From a virus, in IMG/VR virus record IMGVR_UViG_3300009545_000018, positions 51,224-115,223 of that record: 64,000 bases of DNA, one strand, 5' to 3'. Shown here one piece after another: positions 1 through 9,525 of this stretch; the first letter of the stretch is position 1; every line of letters starts with the position of its first letter. A program made the translations under genes and the position numbers. The notes under the pieces were generated by a model. The model made no database searches and had not been told where the DNA came from. It was given only the letters and a program-made list of their open reading frames with translations.

Positions 1-72
1 ATTAAAGATTTTGATGTAAGTGAAGCATTTAATATTTTAATGAAATATAAAAATTTAACAGTGTTCTTATGA
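1..72 (+). CDS. 3' end of an upstream small ORF; C-terminus ...KYKNLTVFL* (KLKAF-tail family member, partial)
   Basis: In-frame translation of 1-72 ends LTVFL then TGA overlapping the next ATG at 69. Confidence 0.5.
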   Translation: MKDFDVSEAFNILMKYKNLTVFL

Positions 73-329
73 AATGCCCCTATTGTCATCATAATATCTA
101 TTATAGTATTCAGTGTGCTGATTCTGAACACGAGTTTTATTATGACTCAATAAATGCTTGGTATCTTATTATTGCCGGATATAAATTTAATATGATTGGG
201 GCTATTAATGGTAGATTTTATCTTGGTTCAAATCTTTACTTAAACAAAGATGTTACTATTAATAAATTTAACATTAATGATGCTGTTAAAACAATGATCA
301 AACTTAATAAATTAAATTGTTTTATATAA
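69..329 (+). CDS. small protein, KLKAF-tail family, N-terminal MKCPYC zinc-ribbon-like motif; tail KLNCFI
   Basis: ORF track; N-terminal CPxC; C-terminal family motif; ATGA overlap with neighbours. Confidence 0.6.
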   Translation: MKCPYCHHNIYYSIQCADSEHEFYYDSINAWYLIIAGYKFNMIGAINGRFYLGSNLYLNKDVTINKFNINDAVKTMIKLNKLNCFI

Positions 330-330
330 T

Positions 331-660
331 ATGAGTACACTTATTTATGAAGGACAGATTTTATCTGAGTGGAAACCTGATGAGGGGCATGGTTATAATT
401 GGGTAAGATATGAAAATAAGACTCAAAGTTTTATTGGATTAAATTGTGCAGATGGTATATTATATGACCTCTATAATAAAATAGTAACTGAATCAGATCT
501 TCGATGGAGAATATTTGGTAGAGGATTTTTACAAAAATGTGTAGACCAATATATTAAGATTTATGGATATCAACTATATCGTTATGGTGAATTAGATGAA
601 GTCAAAAATAATATTGATAAAGTTTTGATTTCATTCCCCAAATTAAAAGTTTTTATATGA
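331..660 (+). CDS. small protein, KLKAF-tail family (tail KLKVFI)
   Basis: ORF track; C-terminal motif; stop overlaps next start. Confidence 0.6.
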   Translation: MSTLIYEGQILSEWKPDEGHGYNWVRYENKTQSFIGLNCADGILYDLYNKIVTESDLRWRIFGRGFLQKCVDQYIKIYGYQLYRYGELDEVKNNIDKVLISFPKLKVFI

Positions 661-932
661 AGTGCCCTTATTGTAATCTTGATACTGTAGATAAAACTTT
701 ACATTTATCTTGTAAAGATAATTCACACTGGTTTGTCTTTACTAAAGGAAAACCCAATTATTGGTTCTTACATATTGACAATTTGCCAATATTTAACCAA
801 ATTGGACGTGGCGCAAGTGGATTTTATATAAAACATTTAATGGCAGAATTTATTACTAAATTAGAAAAAATAGATATCAAAAAGTCTAAAGAAATATTAA
901 TTAAGTATAATAAATTAAAAGCATTTATATGA
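657..932 (+). CDS. small protein, KLKAF-tail family, MKCPYC N-terminus (tail KLKAFI)
   Basis: ORF track; paralogous to 929-1204 (shared HWFV...PNYW...LPIFNQIG block). Confidence 0.65.
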   Translation: MKCPYCNLDTVDKTLHLSCKDNSHWFVFTKGKPNYWFLHIDNLPIFNQIGRGASGFYIKHLMAEFITKLEKIDIKKSKEILIKYNKLKAFI

Positions 933-1204
933 AATGTCCATATTGTAACAATAAAACTAAAAATGTAATTGATCAATTACATTGCCAATCAGATACTCAT
1001 TGGTTTGTTTGTGTTAAAAAACAGCCTAATTATTGGTATTTGCAAGTGACAGGTTTGCCAATATTTAACCAAATTGGATTGTGTAAACGCGGATATTATA
1101 TAAGAGGAATAACTGATAATAGTTTTATTCTAATAGAAAAAATAGATATCGAAGAATCTAAAGAATTTTTAATTAAAAAAAATAAGCTAATAGCATTTGC
1201 ATGA
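929..1204 (+). CDS. small protein, KLKAF-tail family, MKCPYC N-terminus (tail KLIAFA)
   Basis: ORF track; clear paralog of 657-932. Confidence 0.65.
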   Translation: MKCPYCNNKTKNVIDQLHCQSDTHWFVCVKKQPNYWYLQVTGLPIFNQIGLCKRGYYIRGITDNSFILIEKIDIEESKEFLIKKNKLIAFA

Positions 1205-1505
1205 TTTTAAAATGAAAAACATTAATTGTATTGTTTGTAATAAAGAAATGTTATTTATCCGAAATAGAGGTTTATTTGGATTATATACTTGTGAACTAGA
1301 TAACCATTATTTTGAAGTAACCGCTGAAGATTGGACATTTATTTTACAAATTGATAATTTGAAAATAAAATCTTTAGGCTATATATCAGGAAGACCTTTT
1401 TCATTTGAAATGAATAAAGGTCAACCAGGTATTCCTTTTGAATTTAAAATGTCTGAAACATATACGACTTTATTAAAGATAAATAAATTATTAAGCTTTA
1501 TGTAA
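1197..1505 (+). CDS. small protein, KLKAF-tail family (tail KLLSFM), internal CxxC
   Basis: ORF track; C-terminal motif variant. Confidence 0.55.
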   Translation: MHDFKMKNINCIVCNKEMLFIRNRGLFGLYTCELDNHYFEVTAEDWTFILQIDNLKIKSLGYISGRPFSFEMNKGQPGIPFEFKMSETYTTLLKINKLLSFM

Positions 1506-1534
1506 ATAATTTAATCAATATAAGGAAAATTAAA

Positions 1535-1723
1535 ATGCAAGAACAAGATTTTATTGGGTTAACTAAAAAGGGTGCACAACAAAAAGCTGAACAATTAAAC
1601 CTAATTTTTCGGCTTATAAGAGTGGATGATAAAACAATGTTCAGTTATCCATCTGATACACGAAACGATAGAGTTTGTGTGGAAATAGATAATGGTGCCG
1701 TAACTATTGCTAAACTACAATAA
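1535..1723 (+). CDS. hypothetical protein
   Basis: ORF with SD-like AAGGAAAA upstream. Confidence 0.5.
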   Translation: MQEQDFIGLTKKGAQQKAEQLNLIFRLIRVDDKTMFSYPSDTRNDRVCVEIDNGAVTIAKLQ

Positions 1724-1994
1724 GTATAATATGTTCTTAACTGAAGAAATAAAAAGCAAACTTACACCTGAACAATTAAAAATTGCCCAAATTTGGGAGG
1801 CGGAAAACATTAAACGAGACAAATTAATGGATCAGGTAGAAAAAGGATCCTTATCTTTATCTGATGCATTAGATCTAATGAAAGATATGACTCCTGAGTT
1901 TTGCGAACATAATAGGTCAATAATGGGAATGTGCTCTGCCTGCGATGAAATTGAAAGAATTATTAATCCAGATGCTTTTAAAGAAGAAGATTAA
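1707..1994 (+). CDS. hypothetical protein, C-terminal CxxC...CxxC
   Basis: ORF track; overlaps upstream ORF by a few nt. Confidence 0.5.
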   Translation: MLNYNKYNMFLTEEIKSKLTPEQLKIAQIWEAENIKRDKLMDQVEKGSLSLSDALDLMKDMTPEFCEHNRSIMGMCSACDEIERIINPDAFKEED

Positions 1995-2194
1995 TATTAC
2001 ATTCTCATTGTAACCATCCCATCAGTAGACGGCACTCAGCAGTTAACTGACAAGATCTTAATTTCTCTTTATCGAGATTAAGTGGTGGAGGCGATTGATA
2101 AGATCGCCCTAAGGTTAAGTGGTCTCCTTAAAACTCTATTTTTAAATATAGACACTATTGTTTATATGCGTTATATCCTTATCTGAGGTATCAG

Positions 2195-2548
2195 ATGAAA
2201 TATTTATTAGCATTATCAATTTTATTAATTACAAGCATTACATTAGCGGCTGCCCCTTTAGATAGAACTATCTTTTCTTCTTTAGAGCCGGGCAAATCTA
2301 AATCATATGATCTTTCCATTCCAAAAGGAAAAACTTCTATAGCTGTCTTGCAAACAGAAGAAAGCAATGAACAAGTTTTTACTTGCGTCTTTTCTTCAGA
2401 CGGTGAAGTGGGTTTAGAGCAAAAGCATGTTGCTAAATGTTTGGGCAAAATGGATCTAAAAGAAGACACTAAAGTATCTTTAAAGATAACAAACGCTTCT
2501 AAGAAGACTGTTGATTTTCAAATTAAACAATTTACTACTAAGCATTAA
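2195..2548 (+). CDS. secreted or periplasmic hypothetical protein with N-terminal signal peptide
   Basis: MKYLLALSILLITSITLAAA signal-like N-terminus; SD GAGG upstream. Confidence 0.55.
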   Translation: MKYLLALSILLITSITLAAAPLDRTIFSSLEPGKSKSYDLSIPKGKTSIAVLQTEESNEQVFTCVFSSDGEVGLEQKHVAKCLGKMDLKEDTKVSLKITNASKKTVDFQIKQFTTKH

Positions 2549-3148
2549 ATGATTACTTTCGCTATTACTGGTAGCATCGCAACTGGGAAAAGTACAGTTA
2601 CTTCAACTATTAGAGATAAATATAATATCCCTATTGTTGACGCTGATGTGATAGCTCGAGAGGTTGTTGAAGTTGGTAGACCTTGTCTAACACATTTAGT
2701 ACATGCTTTTAGTGATAAAATTTTAAACCAAGATGGCACTTTAAATAGAAAGTATCTTGGTAATTTATGCTTTAATAATAAAGATATTCTTAATTCTGTT
2801 AATAGGATAGTAGGTCCCTTTATTAAAGAAGAATCTTTTAAACAAATTCAATCTCTTCATGAATCAGGACATTATTTAGTAGGATATGATAGTGCTCTTT
2901 TAATTGAGATGAAACTACATACATTATACAAACCTATAATAGTAGTAACTTGTTCTCCTGAAACTCAACTGAATAGGTTAATGAACCGCAATAATTTTTC
3001 TAAGGAAGAAGCTATGGCAAGAATTTCTTCCCAGATGAGTCTTAGTGATAAGGTCAAATATGCTGATCTTATCATTAATAATGACAGTGGATTAATGGAA
3101 CTCAATTCAGAGATCTATTCTGTTGTTAATAAATTAAAACAATTATAA
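2549..3148 (+). CDS. coaE: dephospho-CoA kinase
   Basis: P-loop AITGSIATGKSTV at N-terminus, size and layout typical of CoaE; start overlaps upstream stop. Confidence 0.75.
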   Translation: MITFAITGSIATGKSTVTSTIRDKYNIPIVDADVIAREVVEVGRPCLTHLVHAFSDKILNQDGTLNRKYLGNLCFNNKDILNSVNRIVGPFIKEESFKQIQSLHESGHYLVGYDSALLIEMKLHTLYKPIIVVTCSPETQLNRLMNRNNFSKEEAMARISSQMSLSDKVKYADLIINNDSGLMELNSEIYSVVNKLKQL

Positions 3149-3173
3149 CGCCTTACAAGGCAAGGAGGTTTTA

Positions 3174-3686
3174 ATGGATCTTTTTACCATTAAAATGGCA
3201 CTTTCACTAGCATGCTCTGGTCTACCTACTCCTTCGGTAGATGCTTATGCTACTGTAATCTACAATCAATCTGTTAAATTAGAGCAAGACCCTCTAATTA
3301 CTGTTGCTATTATTAAACATGAAAGTAAATGTGTTAGTAGTATTATATCTGATGACGGATTTGATTTTGGGTTAATGCAGATTAGAGCTATGTATTATGG
3401 CGGTCCTTCCGTTAATTTGCTTAATCCTTGGGTAAATATTACAGTAGGTTCTTATTGGATTCAATCAAGCCAAGACTTTTGTCATAAACAATTGGGAAGA
3501 GAGCCTGCTGCAACGGAATATTTAAGTTGTTATACTGGCGCTTGTAAAACCAAAGGTAAATGGTGTCAACCAACTAAAATGTCTAGAGATATTGCAGAGT
3601 ATGCTGCTTGTTTACAAGATAACTTATCAGTAAAGATGTCAGTACATAATTGTGACGCCATCTATCTTAGGGGAATGAAAATCTAA
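3174..3686 (+). CDS. lytic transglycosylase (SLT domain) protein
   Basis: Catalytic E-S ... GLMQI ... Y motifs of the SLT/goose-lysozyme fold; SD GGAGG upstream. Confidence 0.65.
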   Translation: MDLFTIKMALSLACSGLPTPSVDAYATVIYNQSVKLEQDPLITVAIIKHESKCVSSIISDDGFDFGLMQIRAMYYGGPSVNLLNPWVNITVGSYWIQSSQDFCHKQLGREPAATEYLSCYTGACKTKGKWCQPTKMSRDIAEYAACLQDNLSVKMSVHNCDAIYLRGMKI

Positions 3687-3690
3687 AAAT

Positions 3691-4020
3691 ATGATAATAG
3701 ATTTATGTGATTTTCTAAAAGATAAACCACATATTTATGTGTCTGATTATAGCATAAACTATGGAAATAGTATTAGGTTTGTAGATGATAATGTAACAGG
3801 ATTTCTATTTAATATAGAGGTCGGTGATAAATTTATTATTGAATTGTTTAAAAATCCTAATAGAGTAAAATATTACGGGTACCACATAATAATCTGGGAT
3901 CATGAAAATGATTCTTCTATTTATGAAAAAGATAATATTACAGGCTCTTTAATCAAAGAGGAATTAATCAACTGTATCACATATTGTGAAAAATATTTAA
4001 ATTTAATTGTCTTCTCATGA
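3691..4020 (+). CDS. small protein, KLKAF-tail family variant (tail NLIVFS)
   Basis: ORF track; tandem array with overlapping stops. Confidence 0.5.
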   Translation: MIIDLCDFLKDKPHIYVSDYSINYGNSIRFVDDNVTGFLFNIEVGDKFIIELFKNPNRVKYYGYHIIIWDHENDSSIYEKDNITGSLIKEELINCITYCEKYLNLIVFS

Positions 4021-4319
4021 ATTCATTTTTACAATTAGATTGTGGAAAATATCCATATTATTTAGCAAACTATTATAATTATAGTATTAGTTATTTATTA
4101 GAAAATAATATAGAAGGCATTGTTTTTAATATAAATTTTCATCAACATAAAGTAAGTGTAATTTTTTCTTATGAAGAAAAATTATATGCTATATATTGTA
4201 GTACTAATAAAATGGTTGTTAATATATATGATTGTTATTCATTAAAACAAACATTAAATAAATGTCAAGAGTTAATTAATTATTATACTAGAATTGATAA
4301 ATTGAAATCATTTTCATAA
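4017..4319 (+). CDS. small protein, KLKAF-tail family (tail KLKSFS)
   Basis: ORF track. Confidence 0.55.
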   Translation: MNSFLQLDCGKYPYYLANYYNYSISYLLENNIEGIVFNINFHQHKVSVIFSYEEKLYAIYCSTNKMVVNIYDCYSLKQTLNKCQELINYYTRIDKLKSFS

Positions 4320-4323
4320 AATT

Positions 4324-4680
4324 ATGTTTGATAGAGAACTGCTTAAAAAAGAATATTATTCTAAGTTAAATCTTAATGGTGGAGAATTATATTTAAACTC
4401 TTCTTTTCAAAAAGATTTTAATAAATATTATGGATATATGTCTATCGTATATAAAAGTTTTAGTATAGAGGTATTAAGAGTTCCACATTTATTTAAAATA
4501 AATAACTTCAAAATTAAAGTTTGGGATCATACAAAAATATATTATAATCATTTTGCGGGAGATTATTATAAGTGTCATTTAGAAATTATCCATATACCAA
4601 AATCTCATTTATTAAATGAGCTTCAAAAGCAAATTGATTTCTTTCATAGAAGATATATTAAACTAGCAGCTTTTACATGA
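4324..4680 (+). CDS. small protein, KLKAF-tail family (tail KLAAFT)
   Basis: ORF track. Confidence 0.55.
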   Translation: MFDRELLKKEYYSKLNLNGGELYLNSSFQKDFNKYYGYMSIVYKSFSIEVLRVPHLFKINNFKIKVWDHTKIYYNHFAGDYYKCHLEIIHIPKSHLLNELQKQIDFFHRRYIKLAAFT

Positions 4681-4994
4681 GTGATGTTTTCAAAAAATCA
4701 TATTATAATCTTTTAGATTTAAAAGGTGGCAAAATAGATATTTGTGACTTTAACATTAAATATTTTAATAACTATAATAATTATGTTACCATACTAAATA
4801 TTAATTATGAAAAATACTATATATCATTAACTCATCAAACGAATATGATCTTCGCAGTTCATACTTTATTTTTTAATTCTTTTGATACTCCTAGTAGTAC
4901 TTATAATGTAAACAAATATAGTGTACTTACAACATTGCAAAACACTATTAATTTTAATTATAAAAAATATATAAAACTGTCAGTATTTACATAA
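4677..4994 (+). CDS. small protein, KLKAF-tail family (tail KLSVFT)
   Basis: ORF track. Confidence 0.55.
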   Translation: MSDVFKKSYYNLLDLKGGKIDICDFNIKYFNNYNNYVTILNINYEKYYISLTHQTNMIFAVHTLFFNSFDTPSSTYNVNKYSVLTTLQNTINFNYKKYIKLSVFT

Positions 4995-5242
4995 CCTATG
5001 AATGAATTAAAAGTATTACAAGATCAAATAATTAATTTTAGTTTCGATAAATTCAATTGATCAACGTACTTATACTAAAAGTATGTTCATTGAATATGAA
5101 TTATTTGCTTTATATTTTGTATTTGATGAATTAAATAATTTACTTAAAGCAAATACGGCTTATATTTCAGACTTATATCATTATGAAGAATGGACAGAAA
5201 TTAAAAAATTTTCCTCCATAGAAGATATACAAAATATTATAG

Positions 5243-5521
5243 ATGAATGATTATTTAATTAAATTTTCTAAATCATTAAATTATCATAGTGGACATTTTA
5301 GTATTATTAGCAATAGTATTTATGTTGATTCTCCTAAAAAAATTTTAGATTATAAAATATGTTTTAATTTTACGAATAAAACAATTTTCATTTCTGATTT
5401 ATATACAAACATAAAATGGACTAAAATTAAAGATAATTTTACAGAAAAAGATGTGCAACCAACAATAGATTTTTATTATAATTATTATAATAAGTTACAA
5501 AAACTAAAGTCATTTATTTAA
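5243..5521 (+). CDS. small protein, KLKAF-tail family (tail KLKSFI)
   Basis: ORF track. Confidence 0.55.
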   Translation: MNDYLIKFSKSLNYHSGHFSIISNSIYVDSPKKILDYKICFNFTNKTIFISDLYTNIKWTKIKDNFTEKDVQPTIDFYYNYYNKLQKLKSFI

Positions 5522-5535
5522 AAGGAATAACAACA

Positions 5536-5895
5536 ATGAAAACTCGCATTATGTATCTACGTGACAATAACAATCCACAAGGCAAAGGTAATCCAATTGG
5601 ATGCCTAGCTATTGATGTTCTTAAGGGACAAGACAATCGAATTGCTATTAACTACCAAGTATCTGTACTGCACCCTACCGATGTATTTGATCGTAAGTTA
5701 GGTCAATTAAAAGCTACTAGTAAGTTAGATGGTTCACCTATTTGTGCCGATGTAGTCTTCGAAAATGACATTTCAATACATCAAGTATCTTCTATTGTTA
5801 TGAACCATTTGGTTAGTAATAAGAAAGTTCCAACGCGGGCGCGCAAAGCAGCCGCTCGTTGGCTAGTTAATGCTAATAATTTAGTTACAAAGTAA
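5536..5895 (+). CDS. hypothetical protein
   Basis: SD AAGGAAT 8 nt upstream; followed by a hairpin terminator. Confidence 0.6.
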   Translation: MKTRIMYLRDNNNPQGKGNPIGCLAIDVLKGQDNRIAINYQVSVLHPTDVFDRKLGQLKATSKLDGSPICADVVFENDISIHQVSSIVMNHLVSNKKVPTRARKAAARWLVNANNLVTK

Positions 5896-5903
5896 TAAGA
5901 GAA

Positions 5904-5936
5904 CTTCCCATCGTATAACGGTGGGAAGCTTCTTTT
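5904..5936 (+). terminator. rho-independent terminator (CTTCCCA...TGGGAAG stem then TTCTTTTT)
   Basis: Perfect 7-bp inverted repeat followed by a T-run immediately after the stop at 5895. Confidence 0.6.
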
Positions 5937-5947
5937 TGTAGGATAAA

Positions 5948-6382
5948 ATGAACTCAATCGATTTAATTACAAAAATGGGTGGATTGTTTGCAATATTTAC
6001 ATTTGTTCACTTCTTGGTGGACTGGATTCTGCAAACTCATGCAGAGGCTATGGCTAAACATAATAACTGGAAAGTTAGGGCAAGGCACTGTGTAATCTAC
6101 ACAATTGGCTTTGTTCCTCTAATGTTGATATTAAAACTGTCAACATTAGAATTTATGTTTGGTCTTAATATTCTTTTTTGGTCTCACTTCATAGAAGATA
6201 GTTATATTCCTGTGTTTCTATGGGCGAAATATATTCGCAAGCCTCCAGAGATGAATGCTAACCCTAAAGAAGGTTTTATACAATTTGTATCTACTCCACT
6301 AGGAAAGATACTAATGATTGCTGTCGATCAAATTATTCATTTGGCTTTTTTGTTTCCATTAGTTTGGATGTCTATTAATTAA
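5948..6382 (+). CDS. integral membrane protein (about 4 TM)
   Basis: Hydrophobic segments throughout. Confidence 0.5.
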   Translation: MNSIDLITKMGGLFAIFTFVHFLVDWILQTHAEAMAKHNNWKVRARHCVIYTIGFVPLMLILKLSTLEFMFGLNILFWSHFIEDSYIPVFLWAKYIRKPPEMNANPKEGFIQFVSTPLGKILMIAVDQIIHLAFLFPLVWMSIN

Positions 6383-6398
6383 ATTTCGGAGAAATATA

Positions 6399-6644
6399 AT
6401 GAGCAATACTCAACACATTGATGATTCGTTAACCAAGATTCGCGCTATTTTTGAAAAGGCTTCCGATCGTATCGAAGCTTTGCAACCTGGGGAAAAGATT
6501 CCTGCTACTAAGTTAGCTGAAGATTTAGCTAGTGAAATTGGTATGACAGGCGCAAGCTTATATCCTACTTTACGTTTCTTATTTGAAAGTTATCCTGGAG
6601 TTACGGTTACTCGTGGAGCACATGGAGGCATTAAGAAACTTTAA
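6399..6644 (+). CDS. hypothetical protein with VTRGAHGGI motif (paralog of 37109-37471)
   Basis: SD GGAGAAATATAATG; shared C-terminal block with 37109 ORF. Confidence 0.55.
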   Translation: MSNTQHIDDSLTKIRAIFEKASDRIEALQPGEKIPATKLAEDLASEIGMTGASLYPTLRFLFESYPGVTVTRGAHGGIKKL

Positions 6645-7305
6645 TTTCGGGCCATATTTTTTCATGTTTTATTAAACTGATAGTGGCTTCAGAAACTGAA
6701 AATTGTTTAGCAATAATTCTATTTTTGACGCCACTATTGATTAGTAATTTAATTTGTTTAACATCATCCGATTTAAGTTTACCTTTATTTTCTTTCCATT
6801 CTATGGTTTGATGTTTTCCAAATTGTGAATGTCTTTCTCCACTTTGAGCTTCAGATAATGCTTTTTTGTGTTCATCACTAAAAGTTTTACCTTTACGTGA
6901 TTCAGACATTTTCTTTTTTGATTCTTCTGTATGTTTCCATCCAGAAATTCCAGAATTGGATCTACCGCCATTTCCTATATTATAAATTTCAATATTATTA
7001 TCCCTAGCATTTTTAATCTCAATCACTTCTAAATCAAGCGATTCTTGTTTAGTTGACACTGTATGAATAATTTCAAACTTAAAATTATCAATACTATATT
7101 TTGTAATAGCTGCATGAATAATATGAAATTTGCCAGGATATTTAGCTTTGCCGCCACGCGCAATTTTACGATGATCTAAAAATCTTTGCTTAGGATCTTT
7201 AGTCTCACCAACATAAAATTTACCGTTGATTAAATTTGTAATTTTATAAACATAAAACATATCAACAATTTGAGACTTTTTGTAAGGACAAATATCTAAT
7301 TGCAA
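6631..7305 (-). CDS. GIY-YIG homing endonuclease
   Basis: N-terminal GIY-YIG module (VYKITN...KFYVGETKD...R..H) plus NUMOD-like repeats (KGKTFSDEHKKALSEA); lone minus-strand gene among + strand genes. Confidence 0.7.
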   Translation of the reverse strand: MQLDICPYKKSQIVDMFYVYKITNLINGKFYVGETKDPKQRFLDHRKIARGGKAKYPGKFHIIHAAITKYSIDNFKFEIIHTVSTKQESLDLEVIEIKNARDNNIEIYNIGNGGRSNSGISGWKHTEESKKKMSESRKGKTFSDEHKKALSEAQSGERHSQFGKHQTIEWKENKGKLKSDDVKQIKLLINSGVKNRIIAKQFSVSEATISLIKHEKIWPEIKVS

Positions 7306-7629
7306 ATTATTTCTCTAGAAAATGCACAAGTTTCTATTAACAGAATAGATTTAATCTTTAAAGATTTTAAAGTAAACTCTAAGTTTCTTCAAAAAGAATC
7401 ATTAGATGATAGTGCTTTTATCTTTGTACTAAAGTACAACAATTTATTTGGCATAGATGCCTATGTAGCAAAAGATTATTCAATTTCTATTAGATTATTT
7501 CATTATAATAAATTTACTCATGAGCTTGTAGATTTACAATATGTGCCTCCATTTCATATTATTCCTGCCTTAAATGAAGTAATTAATTTTAATTATAAAT
7601 ATTTTGAAAAGATGAAAGTTTTTGCTTAA
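7300..7629 (+). CDS. small protein, KLKAF-tail family variant (tail KMKVFA)
   Basis: ORF track; paralogous to 7629-7997. Confidence 0.5.
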   Translation: MQIISLENAQVSINRIDLIFKDFKVNSKFLQKESLDDSAFIFVLKYNNLFGIDAYVAKDYSISIRLFHYNKFTHELVDLQYVPPFHIIPALNEVINFNYKYFEKMKVFA

Positions 7630-7997
7630 TGCTGGATCTTAAAGAGGGCGGCAATGTTACTGTTAATAAAATTGATGTTTTAGTTAAACATAACTTTATC
7701 ATTAATGATTTAGTTCTAAGAGAACTAGAATCAAATAGTGGTCAGACTTATATTTTCTGCATAAAATATCCTACATATTTTGCCATTGATTGTTATTTAG
7801 ATGTAAATAATATGATTAATATTAGGACATTTGTTTATATAAGCCCCTCTAATAGAACTGAACTTGACAGATCATATAATATAGAGTATAGTTTTATTGG
7901 TAAAAAATTAGTAAATATATCTGAATTTATTCCTACATTAAATTATATTATAAACTATAATCATAAAAAATATTTTACATTAAAAGCATTTGGATAA
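7629..7997 (+). CDS. small protein, KLKAF-tail family (tail TLKAFG)
   Basis: ORF track. Confidence 0.5.
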   Translation: MLDLKEGGNVTVNKIDVLVKHNFIINDLVLRELESNSGQTYIFCIKYPTYFAIDCYLDVNNMINIRTFVYISPSNRTELDRSYNIEYSFIGKKLVNISEFIPTLNYIINYNHKKYFTLKAFG

Positions 7998-8003
7998 CAT
8001 TCA

Positions 8004-8234
8004 ATGATCACTATACTAATATTTTTATCAATAGCATTTGTTATGTCGCCCATTTTATATAGTGCATTATGGGTAACTAATAATAAAAAACCTCATGTTT
8101 CAGGTAATTCCAAACATGAAAAAGTTAAGGATGATTTGGAATCAAATTGTGCCGCTGTTGTGATTGATATTGATAATAGTCATTCACATAACAGTAGCCA
8201 TAACTGTAGTCACAGTTGTAGTAGTAGTCACTAA
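8004..8234 (+). CDS. small membrane-anchored protein with a Ser/His/Cys-rich tail
   Basis: N-terminal TM; low-complexity SHSHNSSHNCSHSCSSSH C-terminus. Confidence 0.4.
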   Translation: MITILIFLSIAFVMSPILYSALWVTNNKKPHVSGNSKHEKVKDDLESNCAAVVIDIDNSHSHNSSHNCSHSCSSSH

Positions 8235-8245
8235 TTAAGGAGATA

Positions 8246-8467
8246 TTGTATATGTTATATGATGAATTAGAGGAAGCCTTAGATGATCTGTTACCAGCAG
8301 GATATTCAATTTCTATTAATCGTCGGGGCGAAGTTGTAATCTTTACTAATTGTCGTAAGGATGATGATGGAGAATTAGTTTCTATGGATGAAGAAATAGA
8401 TGAAGATTCATCTTTTAACGATGAAGATACTATTCCTCTAGAAGACGAAGTTGATGAAGATGAATGA
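8246..8467 (+). CDS. small highly acidic protein
   Basis: SD AAGGAGAT; D/E-rich C-terminal half. Confidence 0.5.
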   Translation: MYMLYDELEEALDDLLPAGYSISINRRGEVVIFTNCRKDDDGELVSMDEEIDEDSSFNDEDTIPLEDEVDEDE

Positions 8468-8705
8468 ATGGACATTAATTAAAATATTAATGATCTTATC
8501 ATTGACATTAACTGGATGCAGTACCATGTATTTTAGTCCAGTATCTTGGTTTAAATATTATGGACATAAGGATCCTGAGACATCAGCTACTGTGTATGGA
8601 GACTGTACTACTGATGCTCAGTGTGAAGAGTTAGTTCCGGGTCAAAATTATTTTTGTTACAAAACTACATCTTATGTAGGTCAATGTATTAATATAGTGG
8701 AATAA
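8451..8705 (+). CDS. lipoprotein
   Basis: Signal peptide with lipobox LTGC. Confidence 0.5.
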   Translation: MMKMNEWTLIKILMILSLTLTGCSTMYFSPVSWFKYYGHKDPETSATVYGDCTTDAQCEELVPGQNYFCYKTTSYVGQCINIVE

Positions 8706-8989
8706 TGTCAGATATTAATTCGATTAAAGACTCTTTAGAGTTTGCTTATAATAAATTTTGTGTATCTAAAAATTTTGATAAAAAAATCAAATCCGCTACA
8801 ATCTCAATTAGAATGCGAACTGAAGACTTTAAAATTCTTCAAAAATCTTTTAAAGATACTAAGGAAGCGCATTGGCACTTTATTGATTTGCCTAAATCAT
8901 TTTTTTCAGAATTTGAACAAGAAGTTAAAATAGAAGAATTTATAGTTCATAAATCAAACTATGATGAAGGTATAAAAAATTGTCTCTGA
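8705..8989 (+). CDS. hypothetical protein
   Basis: ORF track; ATGA overlap. Confidence 0.5.
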   Translation: MSDINSIKDSLEFAYNKFCVSKNFDKKIKSATISIRMRTEDFKILQKSFKDTKEAHWHFIDLPKSFFSEFEQEVKIEEFIVHKSNYDEGIKNCL

Positions 8990-9124
8990 AACAATGACAG
9001 TATTTATTGATTTCTTTTTTGAAGACGGAGAATTTAGTCATAGAAATTTTGATTCTTCTAAACATAATACTCCTATAGTTACTATTTTAAACAAAGAAGA
9101 TAGACATGCGTTATAATTTAATGT

Positions 9125-9403
9125 ATGCCTGTTAATAGAAAAAATAGAGTTACAGTAAAGAAAAAGATGTTTAATCGTAAAGTTTTCACCTTAAATAAAG
9201 GCGGAGTAATTTCAAGTAAAATTTTACTTGATGATGAAAATTTTCCAGCCGAAATAATTATATTAACTGATGGCGAGCAAATAATTAAAAATAATTCTGC
9301 AAATGGTTGCACTTGCCGGAAGTGTGGTAATTTTAATGAGTACGCAGAACCGAACCAACAGGATGGAACTTTTGTGTGTTTTGGTTGTAAAAGTGGATTA
9401 TAA
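9125..9403 (+). CDS. hypothetical protein with C-terminal zinc ribbon (CTCRKC...CFGC)
   Basis: ORF track. Confidence 0.45.
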   Translation: MPVNRKNRVTVKKKMFNRKVFTLNKGGVISSKILLDDENFPAEIIILTDGEQIIKNNSANGCTCRKCGNFNEYAEPNQQDGTFVCFGCKSGL

Positions 9404-9432
9404 TATGGAATAATGTGATATATAATTTACAT

Positions 9433-9521
9433 TAGGGAATAGAGTAACAGGCAGCTCCCCATGCTTTGAACATGGTTTTGCGAAAGCAATAGTGTAGGTT
9501 CGAATCCTTCTTCCCTAGCCA
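9433..9521 (+). tRNA. tRNA with anticodon UUG (Gln-reading) but a class II-like long variable arm; CCA encoded
   Basis: Manual fold: acceptor TAGGGAA/TTCCCTA, D stem GAGT/GCTC, anticodon stem CCATG/CATGG with loop CTTTGAA, variable hairpin TTGC-GAAA-GCAA, T arm GTAGG-TTCGAAT-CCTTC, then G-CCA. Confidence 0.55.
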
Positions 9522-9525
9522 CTAT

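Noticed and set aside
2191-2739. Minus-strand ORFs 2191-2469 and 2545-2739
   Set aside because: Antisense to well-supported + strand genes (secreted protein, coaE); typical AT-rich shadow ORFs.
8125-8475. 116-aa minus-strand Ser-rich ORF
   Set aside because: Antisense to two + strand genes with SD signals; low-complexity shadow.
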